A DNA stretch of 64,000 bases. Source: an uncultured Bacteroidota bacterium. Its GTDB lineage: Bacteria; Bacteroidota; Bacteroidia; Flavobacteriales; BACL11. Position 1 is the first letter of the stretch. Each line of letters begins with the position of its first letter. Below, in pieces: positions 29,873 through 37,538 of this stretch. The translations under genes and the position numbers were made by a program. The notes under the pieces are model-generated. The model was given only the letters and a program-made list of their open reading frames with translations. It was not told the DNA's origin and searched no databases. The stretch covers positions 2,205 through 66,204 of the forward strand of contig CACHFI010000002.1 of the NCBI GenBank assembly GCA_902579065.1, read 5' to 3'.

Positions 29873-31261
29873 TTAATTTTTTGCACTTTTTTGCACTTTT
29901 TTGCACTTTTTTGCACTTTTTTGTGTGTTTTTTACAATTTTTAGCATTTTTTTCATCACCTCATCAGTATCCCAAAGTTCATTTATATTTTCAATAGACA
30001 TAATTTGTTCCATTAATTTTTCTTGCTTCATGCCTATTTTCCACGCTTCTGAATAGGGAGTGTTTGTAAAAGAAACCATACTGTACAAAGGGACCCATTT
30101 TTCTGGATGAAGCTTAGAGAATTTTTGCTCAATCTTTTTCTGTAATAAGAATTTTGGATCTGCTGTTTTGTCACGCATAACAATAAAATTGTGCAAAGAC
30201 AAATCCTGCAAACCATCTCCATTTGACTTTCGAGCCTGAGAATATCTAATTAAAATACTTTTCAAATCATCCTCATCATTTATCAATTCATCTAAAATCC
30301 TACAATCCTCAAAACTAGCATTCATTCCTTGACCATAAAATGGCACTGTAGCATGAGCTGAATCTCCAATTAAAACACAATAATCATTAAGATGCCATGG
30401 ATAACACTTAAAAATTCCCATTGAAGAAGTTGGATTCTTAAAAAACTGATCGGAAAGGTCGGGAATCAATTTAGTAAAATCTGGAAAAACTCTACTAAAA
30501 AATTCATTTACCTTTTGAGTCGTATCTAGCTTTTCGAAAGAATCATTTCCTTCAAAAGGAGAAAAAAGTGTACAAGTATAGCTACCATCTAAATTAGGTA
30601 ATGCAATGAGCATAAAATTTCCTCTCGGCCAAATATGCAATGCATTCTTTTCGATTTTATGTGTTCCATCTGGATTTGCAGGAATTAATAATTCTTTATA
30701 ACCATGCTCAATATAAAATTGAGAAAACTGAAAACGATCCTGACGCATCATTTTATCTCTCACAGCTGAATAAGCCCCATCGGCACCAACGATTAAATCA
30801 CATTCAATTGTAATATTTTTTTGTGTTGCATTATTATAAAAAATAAGTTCAGCTTTATCGAAGCTTACATCAATGCACTTATGATTAAAGAAAATTTTAG
30901 CCCCTTCTTTTTCGGCAAGATTCATTAATAAAACATTCAACCCCCCTCTTGGAACAGAAAAAATTGCTTGATCTTCATTACCATAATATTGATCTGTGAG
31001 ACTACCATCATCATCATGCATAATTCTTTTAGGCATTGGTATGGCTATATCTCGAACATATTCATCCACGTTTACTTTTTCTAAAGCTGTCCACCCTCTT
31101 TTTGATAAAGCGAGATTGATTGAGCGTCCCGCAACTAAAGCTGTTTTGCGCATATCTGGCCTGCGCTCATAAATTCTAACTTGATACCCTCTCTTGAGCA
31201 TGTAAAGAGCACATAAAGAACCTGCTAATCCAGCACCAACTATTACTATGTTTTTTTTCAT
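29873..31261 (-). CDS. kmo: Kynurenine 3-monooxygenase
   Basis: FAD motif IVIVGAGLAGS, GDSAHATVPFYGQGMN motif, 462 aa. Abuts kynU with no gap. Confidence 0.9.
   Translation of the reverse strand: MKKNIVIVGAGLAGSLCALYMLKRGYQVRIYERRPDMRKTALVAGRSINLALSKRGWTALEKVNVDEYVRDIAIPMPKRIMHDDDGSLTDQYYGNEDQAIFSVPRGGLNVLLMNLAEKEGAKIFFNHKCIDVSFDKAELIFYNNATQKNITIECDLIVGADGAYSAVRDKMMRQDRFQFSQFYIEHGYKELLIPANPDGTHKIEKNALHIWPRGNFMLIALPNLDGSYTCTLFSPFEGNDSFEKLDTTQKVNEFFSRVFPDFTKLIPDLSDQFFKNPTSSMGIFKCYPWHLNDYCVLIGDSAHATVPFYGQGMNASFEDCRILDELINDEDDLKSILIRYSQARKSNGDGLQDLSLHNFIVMRDKTADPKFLLQKKIEQKFSKLHPEKWVPLYSMVSFTNTPYSEAWKIGMKQEKLMEQIMSIENINELWDTDEVMKKMLKIVKNTQKSAKKCKKVQKSAKN
29877..29926. repeat. 10-bp direct tandem repeat, four perfect copies plus one degenerate copy
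   Basis: TTGCACTTTT at 29881-29890, 29891-29900, 29901-29910 and 29911-29920, followed by TTGTGTGTTT. It encodes the KMO C-terminal tail ...QKSAKKCKKVQKSAKN*. Confidence 0.9.
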
Positions 31262-32512
31262 TTACAAAGTTTCTTCCAGAATTTTACAAAAATTATATAC
31301 ATCTAAGTAACTATTATACAAAGGAACTGGAGCTACACGAATTACATCAGGTTCTCTCCAATCAGCTATTACTCCTTTTTTTGTAATTTCATTAAATAAA
31401 TTTTTATCTCCATTTTTTACACTTAAAGATATCTGACAGCCTCTTTCATTAGGTGTGATTATTTTAATTCGATCATTTGGCAACTGACCAAGTAGAAAAA
31501 CTAAATAAGAGGTTAACTGTTTTGATTTTTCTACTAGTGATGGCATTCCAACTTCATCAAAAATAGATAAAGAAGCTCTAACAGCTGCTAAAGAAAGAAT
31601 AGGAGGATTACTTAATTGCCAGCCTTCAGCTGTTTCAATAGGCATAAATTCATCTGGCATTTTAAAACGACTTTCCTTGTTATGCCCCCACCATCCTGCA
31701 AATCTTTCTAGTTTTCTTTTATGATGTTTTTCGTGTATAAAAACCCCGGCAACTGAGCCCGGACCAGAATTTAAATATTTATATGAACACCAAACAGCAA
31801 AATCAACTCCCCAATCATTTAGCGATAATTCAATATTGCCAGCAGCATGTGCCAAATCAAATCCTACCATAATATTATACTTATGAGCATAATCTGTAAT
31901 TTTCTGCATGTCGAAAACTTGACCTGTATAGTAATTAACTCCTCCTAGCAAAATCAGAGAAATAGAATCAGAATTTTCATTAATAATGTTTAATATATCT
32001 TCTGTCCTCACTACAACCTCTCCTTTTCTTGGAGCAAGCTTTATTAAAGATGAAGATGGATCAAGCCCATGATGTTTAATATGTGACTCAACAGCATAAA
32101 TATCAGAAGGAAATGCATCAGACTCAATTATAATTTTATAACGAACCTTAGTTGGCCTATAGAATGAGACCATCATTAAATGAAGGTTGACAGATAAGGT
32201 GTTCATAGCAACCACTTCATTCTCTTTAGCACCAACTATTTTTGAATAACTTGAAGACAAAAATTCATGATAAGGCAACCAGGGGTTTTTGGCATGTAAA
32301 TGCCCTTCAACTCCAAGGCTTTTCCAATCCTCTAATTCTTGTTGCACGAACTCTTCAGTATTTTTTGATTGTAACCCAAGAGAATTACCGCAAAGATAAA
32401 TATACTTATCTCCGTTATTTTGAAGAGGAAAATAAAACTTGTCCTGATAAGAAGCAAGAGGATCTTTTTTATCAAGTTCTAAAGCAAATTCTATTGAGTT
32501 TTTAAATGTCAT
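31262..32512 (-). CDS. kynU: Kynureninase
   Basis: PLP-lysine region CSYKYLNSGPG, YLCGNSLGLQ, 416 aa. Confidence 0.9.
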   Translation of the reverse strand: MTFKNSIEFALELDKKDPLASYQDKFYFPLQNNGDKYIYLCGNSLGLQSKNTEEFVQQELEDWKSLGVEGHLHAKNPWLPYHEFLSSSYSKIVGAKENEVVAMNTLSVNLHLMMVSFYRPTKVRYKIIIESDAFPSDIYAVESHIKHHGLDPSSSLIKLAPRKGEVVVRTEDILNIINENSDSISLILLGGVNYYTGQVFDMQKITDYAHKYNIMVGFDLAHAAGNIELSLNDWGVDFAVWCSYKYLNSGPGSVAGVFIHEKHHKRKLERFAGWWGHNKESRFKMPDEFMPIETAEGWQLSNPPILSLAAVRASLSIFDEVGMPSLVEKSKQLTSYLVFLLGQLPNDRIKIITPNERGCQISLSVKNGDKNLFNEITKKGVIADWREPDVIRVAPVPLYNSYLDVYNFCKILEETL

Positions 32513-33302
32513 TTAATTTAAAAATTAATGGGCGACTTGGGGCAGCATCAGAAACAAAAGAAGGTATTTGTAAGTTTAACAGATATTTACCATCTTCTAT
32601 TTTTTCATCAACATATATCATTTCTGTAATTGTATAATTTTTAGTATTACTATTGTACTTTTTAGCTTCAGTATCCCAAAAAATATTATGGCTGCTCAAA
32701 ATGCCATCATCAAACAACCTATCCACTGAAGGGGTATCAACCAAAAGATGTTCTACACCTCTTTTTCTTAAATATTTCATTGCTTCTATAGAAAAAAAAG
32801 GCGGTGGTTGCTGCATATAATCTTGCGACATTTTAATTTTTGAGTTTGGATATGTTCTGATTATTAACCCTTCTAAAAAAGCATCAGAGATATTATTTAG
32901 TTTTTCTTCCAACATGTGCCTGGTAATCAAAAGGTCTTCAGAATTTAAATTTGGAAAATACGTTTCTTTACTATTATTTGGAGTAACTGAAATTAGTGTG
33001 CTTTTTATAAAAACTTCTTTTAAAGCAAGATTAATTGAAATCCTTTCTTTTGTAATATGACCTATACACTCTGTATGAGTACCATTACAATGGGGCGTTA
33101 TCTTAAATGTCTCGAAATTGCATGGACCTCCCTCTCTTGTGTCTCCAATAAAATCATCATCCCTATATGGTGATGAAGTAGCTTTTTCAACATTATATGT
33201 GTTTGGCTGCAAACCATTAAAGTTTACAGGTATAGATAAGTCATAATATTCTGAAAAGTCAATTGAGTATGATTTACCTCCTAACTTAAAATTTACATTC
33301 AT
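32502..33302 (-). CDS. Cyclase-family protein, putative divergent kynurenine formamidase
   Basis: HCNGTHTECIGH resembles the cyclase/KynB metal motif HxGTHxDxPxH with D->E and P->G. LLVDTPSVD...SSHNIF resembles the second conserved block. It sits inside the operon with an 11-nt overlap with kynU. Confidence 0.5.
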   Translation of the reverse strand: MNVNFKLGGKSYSIDFSEYYDLSIPVNFNGLQPNTYNVEKATSSPYRDDDFIGDTREGGPCNFETFKITPHCNGTHTECIGHITKERISINLALKEVFIKSTLISVTPNNSKETYFPNLNSEDLLITRHMLEEKLNNISDAFLEGLIIRTYPNSKIKMSQDYMQQPPPFFSIEAMKYLRKRGVEHLLVDTPSVDRLFDDGILSSHNIFWDTEAKKYNSNTKNYTITEMIYVDEKIEDGKYLLNLQIPSFVSDAAPSRPLIFKLNDI

Positions 33303-33305
33303 TTT

Positions 33306-34340
33306 TTATAAATCTTCTTCTCTCTTATTAAGCCAGTTCAATACATTCTTACACCAAATGTCTTTAGCTTCTTGCTTAGTCAAAATTCCATTTTCAACAG
33401 CATAATCTATCACTCTTCCTGGATAAGATGTTCCAACACCTTCCATTTCTCCTAAAGGAAAAGGATCATCTAATCCCATGATTAACTGACTCACTCCAAC
33501 TCTTTTCTTTAATAAATCAAGCGTATGCGAATCATGAACAAGAGTATCAAAATACAAGTTCTTATGGCCTAAAGTTTTTCTCGGATCTTCTAATTCTTCA
33601 AAGATATCTGGACGTCCATCAAAACCCTGAATTCTTCTCCCATAGCTAGCTATACCTAACATTCCTCCGTGTGCAAAACTTGTTCTCAAATTAGGAAATT
33701 TGTTAGGTAAATCTCTTAATGTAAATAAATGAAGGGTATCGGCGCATTGTGCCATCATCCAAATCAAATGAAATCTCCAATATTTATTTTTTAATGCTAT
33801 CATTTTTTCACCATCATAAGGGTGAATTTGAATTGCTAAACCATGGTGATTTGCAAGTTCATAAATCGGATCAACATCAGATTCTGCTGTTGACATCCAT
33901 TCGCCTTTAGAATTTAAAAAATGTGAAGGCAAACATAAAACACGTAGATTCAATTTCACACATCTTTCAATTTCCTTTAGTGCGTGTTCAATATACATTG
34001 GCTGAACAACAAACCCACATGTAAACTTTTTGGGATAATCATTTTGTACTGAAGCATTAAAATCATTTTGAAATTGAATCCCATCAAAGCAATCTTGCTT
34101 TTTCCAACCATTACAATATAATTGTGAAAGACATAGCATTACACCATGGTCGATGTTATGCTGATCCATCCACTCTATTTTTTCTTTTACAAAAAAACTT
34201 GCTCCATTAATTGGCCTAGACCAATCTGCTTGTCTCATAAACTTCTTATCATCATCTATCCAAAACAACTTTTTCTCTCTCATAAAAGCAGGTATTTGAG
34301 AAGGCTCAGGAAGTATATGACCGTGTCCGTTTATTCGCAT
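33306..34340 (-). CDS. 2-amino-3-carboxymuconate-6-semialdehyde decarboxylase (amidohydrolase-2 family)
   Basis: N-terminal metal ligands MRINGHGHILP. Size (344 aa) and the FAHGG / YFDT..H / GLDDPFP blocks are typical of ACMSD-type amidohydrolases. Confidence 0.75.
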   Translation of the reverse strand: MRINGHGHILPEPSQIPAFMREKKLFWIDDDKKFMRQADWSRPINGASFFVKEKIEWMDQHNIDHGVMLCLSQLYCNGWKKQDCFDGIQFQNDFNASVQNDYPKKFTCGFVVQPMYIEHALKEIERCVKLNLRVLCLPSHFLNSKGEWMSTAESDVDPIYELANHHGLAIQIHPYDGEKMIALKNKYWRFHLIWMMAQCADTLHLFTLRDLPNKFPNLRTSFAHGGMLGIASYGRRIQGFDGRPDIFEELEDPRKTLGHKNLYFDTLVHDSHTLDLLKKRVGVSQLIMGLDDPFPLGEMEGVGTSYPGRVIDYAVENGILTKQEAKDIWCKNVLNWLNKREEDL

Positions 34341-34349
34341 ATCTTATTA

Positions 34350-34886
34350 TTAATCACTAACGTATCTACTATCAGCCTCCATTACCTCACCTGTTTTTGG
34401 ACATGTTCTGAGCTTTTCATCAGAATAAAAACGTTTAAATACAGGTAAGAAATCTTTTTCAATATTAGTTAAGTGAAAATATTCCTCATAAAGTAATTCA
34501 TTAGCTGTATCTGAAAACCACATTAGACCATCTTTATCATTATTTGTTCTTTTTCTTTCAATAACTAAACCAATAGACCCTTCTGAACGAACAGGAGAAT
34601 GAGGTATTTTAGGTGGTAACAAAAACATTTCCCCCTCATTAATTGGAACCTCAACTAATTTACCATCTTGTTGTGTCTTTACAACAATACTTCCTTCTAT
34701 TTGGTAAAATAACTCTTCAGTTTCATTGTAATGATAGTCTTTTCGCGCATTTGGCCCTGCTACTATCATCACTATGTAATCTTCTGACTCAACATATAAG
34801 TTTTTATTTCCAACTGGAGGTTTAAGCAAATGTCTGTTTTCATCAATCCACTTTTGTAAGTTAAATGGTTTTTTAATTTTTGTCAT
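34350..34886 (-). CDS. 3-hydroxyanthranilate 3,4-dioxygenase (cupin)
   Basis: LQKWIDENRHLLKPPVGNK, KDYHYNETEELFYQIEG and PPKIPHSPVR match the HAAO cupin iron-ligand pattern. 178 aa. Confidence 0.9.
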   Translation of the reverse strand: MTKIKKPFNLQKWIDENRHLLKPPVGNKNLYVESEDYIVMIVAGPNARKDYHYNETEELFYQIEGSIVVKTQQDGKLVEVPINEGEMFLLPPKIPHSPVRSEGSIGLVIERKRTNNDKDGLMWFSDTANELLYEEYFHLTNIEKDFLPVFKRFYSDEKLRTCPKTGEVMEADSRYVSD

Positions 34887-34896
34887 AATTATATAT

Positions 34897-35331
34897 TTAA
34901 ATTGTTGCTATAACTTTTAATTCAATTGCAATTGGGGTTGGTAATGATTTAATTTCAATGGTAGTTCTACAAGGTTGATTTTCCTTAAAATATTCAGCAT
35001 ATATTTTATTATATATTTTAAAATCATCTTTCATATTAGTTAAAAAAACCTGAACATCTACAATATTGTCCCATGAAGAACCAGCATCTTCAAGAATATA
35101 TCTAACATTTTGAAATACTGAATGACACTGCTTAGCAATATCATAACTTTCGATTTCCCCCTCATCATTAAGTTTTACTCCTGGAATATTTTTTTGATTT
35201 GCAGCTCGTGGCCCTACCCCAGAAAGAAACAAAAATTCACCAACCTTTCTTGCGTGAGGATATAATCCTACTGCTTGTGGAGCTCTTTCACTATTAAATT
35301 TTTCTCCATTCATATCTATATTTTTAGACAC
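34897..35331 (-). CDS. RidA/YjgF-family protein, probable 2-aminomuconate deaminase
   Basis: APQAVGLYPHARKVGEFLFLSGVGP and the C-terminal CRTTIEIKSLP are RidA hallmarks. The operon context matches AmnD/NbaF-type deaminases. Confidence 0.7.
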   Translation of the reverse strand: MSKNIDMNGEKFNSERAPQAVGLYPHARKVGEFLFLSGVGPRAANQKNIPGVKLNDEGEIESYDIAKQCHSVFQNVRYILEDAGSSWDNIVDVQVFLTNMKDDFKIYNKIYAEYFKENQPCRTTIEIKSLPTPIAIELKVIATI

Positions 35332-36755
35332 ACGTTTTTTGGTTCAGTAAAAAATTGTAAAGATTTAAACCCGCCTTCTCTTCCAACTCCTGACTGTTTC
35401 ATCCCTCCAAATGGAATTCTTAAATCTCTTAACATCCAAGTATTAATCCATACAATTCCAGATTTTATTTTTGCAGCAACTCTATGTGCTCTACTAACAT
35501 TCTCAGTAAAAATACTAGCTGAGAGCCCATAATCTGTAGAATTAGCCATCAATATTACCTCGTCTTCATCTTTAAATGGTATTAATGTTAATACAGGTCC
35601 AAATATTTCTTCTTGATTAATACTGCAATCAAAAGGCAAACCATCAATAATAGTTGGTTCAATATAATACCCATTAGCATATTCGCCCTCAATAATTTTT
35701 CTTTTTCCTCCAAGTAATATTTTCCCTCCTAATTTTTTTGCTTCTTCAATTTTTGATAAAACTTTGTTCATATGGTCTATTGAAACTACAGCACCTAAAT
35801 CATTGGATTCTTTTGGGTTTCCTACTTTTAAAAGCGATGCTTTTGCAATAACTGCATTTTTAAATTTTTCGTATATGGTTTCCTCTACAAATAATCTGGA
35901 ACCACATAAGCATATTTGTCCTTGATTAGAAAAACCTGCTTTTACAGCCAGTGCAACAGCTTTTTCAAAATTAGCATCAGCAAATACAATATTTGGATTT
36001 TTCCCGCCTAACTCAAGAGATAATTTCTTAAACATGGGGGCAGCTAATTTAGCAATATGCTTACCAGTAACTGTTCCTCCAGTGAATGAGACAATAGGTG
36101 TATCAACATGAGTTGTGAGTGCATCACCCATTTTTGAACCAACTCCGTGAACGATATTTAATACTCCTTCTGGAAAATTAATTTCTTTACAAATCTTACT
36201 AAGCAAAAATGCGGTCATTGGGGTAATTTCAGAGGGCTTTGCAACAACTGTATTGCCAGCAGCCAAGGCTGGAGCAATTTTCCATGTCAAAAGATATAAT
36301 GGCAAATTCCATGGAGATATACAGGCGGCTACACCAACAGGCTCTCTTAAAGTATAATTTAATGCCTTGCCATCCATTTCATGTATCTCAGAAGAAAAAT
36401 GTAGTATAGCTGTAGCAAAAAATCTGAAATTTTCGGAAGCCCTTGGAATATCTACTATTCTAGCAAGAGTTTCTGGCTTTCCATTATCTTTACTTTCTGT
36501 AAGTATTAATTCTTCAGAATACTCATCAATCTTGTCTGCTAGATCCATTAACAAATCAGATCGTTGTTTTTTTGTTGTTTGACTCCAGCTTTCAAAAGCT
36601 TGTTTAGCAGATTTAACAGCAATATTAATATCTTCATAATTACTATCTGGAATTAATGAATATGGCTGTCCAGTAGCTGGGTTAAAATTTTCAAAGAAAT
36701 TTCCAGAGACTGGCTCAACTAATTCTCCATTAATATAATTATAAATTTTCTCCAT
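35316..36755 (-). CDS. Aldehyde dehydrogenase, probable 2-aminomuconate-6-semialdehyde dehydrogenase
   Basis: ALDH motifs LELGGKNP (catalytic Glu) and FSNQGQICLCGSR (catalytic Cys), plus EEIFGPV. 479 aa. Confidence 0.8.
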   Translation of the reverse strand: MEKIYNYINGELVEPVSGNFFENFNPATGQPYSLIPDSNYEDINIAVKSAKQAFESWSQTTKKQRSDLLMDLADKIDEYSEELILTESKDNGKPETLARIVDIPRASENFRFFATAILHFSSEIHEMDGKALNYTLREPVGVAACISPWNLPLYLLTWKIAPALAAGNTVVAKPSEITPMTAFLLSKICKEINFPEGVLNIVHGVGSKMGDALTTHVDTPIVSFTGGTVTGKHIAKLAAPMFKKLSLELGGKNPNIVFADANFEKAVALAVKAGFSNQGQICLCGSRLFVEETIYEKFKNAVIAKASLLKVGNPKESNDLGAVVSIDHMNKVLSKIEEAKKLGGKILLGGKRKIIEGEYANGYYIEPTIIDGLPFDCSINQEEIFGPVLTLIPFKDEDEVILMANSTDYGLSASIFTENVSRAHRVAAKIKSGIVWINTWMLRDLRIPFGGMKQSGVGREGGFKSLQFFTEPKNVCLKI

Positions 36756-36758
36756 ACA

Positions 36759-37538
36759 CTATAAACTTGATGTTCTTCCTCCATCTACAGGTAAATTAAT
36801 CCCATTTATATAACTTGCAGCAGGCGAGCTCAAAAATATAGTAGCATTTGCAACTTCACTTGCTTCACCAAATCTATTTAATGGTACTGATTTTTTCATT
36901 TCATTCTCGACTTCAATTTTTGACTTACCTAAAATGCTGGATTTTTTTTCAATCAAGGATTTCAATCTATTTGTATTTGTAAAGCCTGGCAGAACATTAT
37001 TTACAGTGATCCCGTATGAGCCCAATTCTAGTGATAATGTTTTTGCCCAATTTGCAACAGCCGCTCTAATTGTATTAGAAACTCCTAAACCAGGAATTGG
37101 AGCTTTTACAGAAGTAGAAATTATATTTATTATTCTCCCAAATGATTTTTTTTTCATTCCGCCTACAACCTTTTGAATCAGAATTTGATTATTTAATAGA
37201 TGCATTTTAAAAGCTAATAAAAAATCCTCAGCACTTGCATCGGCTATCGGACCAGAAGCTGGACCACCAGTATTATTTATTAAAATATCGTAGTTTGTTT
37301 TTTCTAAAATTTCAATTTTTTTAGCAAATTGATTATCTGCAAAATCTACACATAGGTAATTGTGATTTTGAGCTAAAGAAGTGTCAAGTGTATCAACGAC
37401 TTCTTTTAAAACACTTTCATTTCTAGCTATTAATGTTAAGCTTACCCCTTGCTTAGCCAAGCCAACTGCAATTGCCTTACCAATTCCTTGGGTACTACCA
37501 CACACAATAGCTTTTTTATTTCTTAATCCTAAATTCAT
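36759..37538 (-). CDS. SDR-fold protein with non-canonical active site, function unknown
   Basis: The cofactor motif GSTQGIG and NNTG are present. Where classical SDRs have YxxxK, 13 residues after the Ser, this protein reads S-N-T-I-R (ISTSVKAPIPGLGVSNTIRAAVANWAK). 4-nt overlap with TDO. Confidence 0.8.
   Translation of the reverse strand: MNLGLRNKKAIVCGSTQGIGKAIAVGLAKQGVSLTLIARNESVLKEVVDTLDTSLAQNHNYLCVDFADNQFAKKIEILEKTNYDILINNTGGPASGPIADASAEDFLLAFKMHLLNNQILIQKVVGGMKKKSFGRIINIISTSVKAPIPGLGVSNTIRAAVANWAKTLSLELGSYGITVNNVLPGFTNTNRLKSLIEKKSSILGKSKIEVENEMKKSVPLNRFGEASEVANATIFLSSPAASYINGINLPVDGGRTSSL

Noticed and set aside
29877-29926. Short direct repeats considered as a CRISPR array or regulatory iterons
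   Set aside because: The units are 10 bp and directly abutting with no spacers. They lie within the 3' end of kmo, and no cas genes are present. This is a microsatellite-type tandem repeat, not a CRISPR array.
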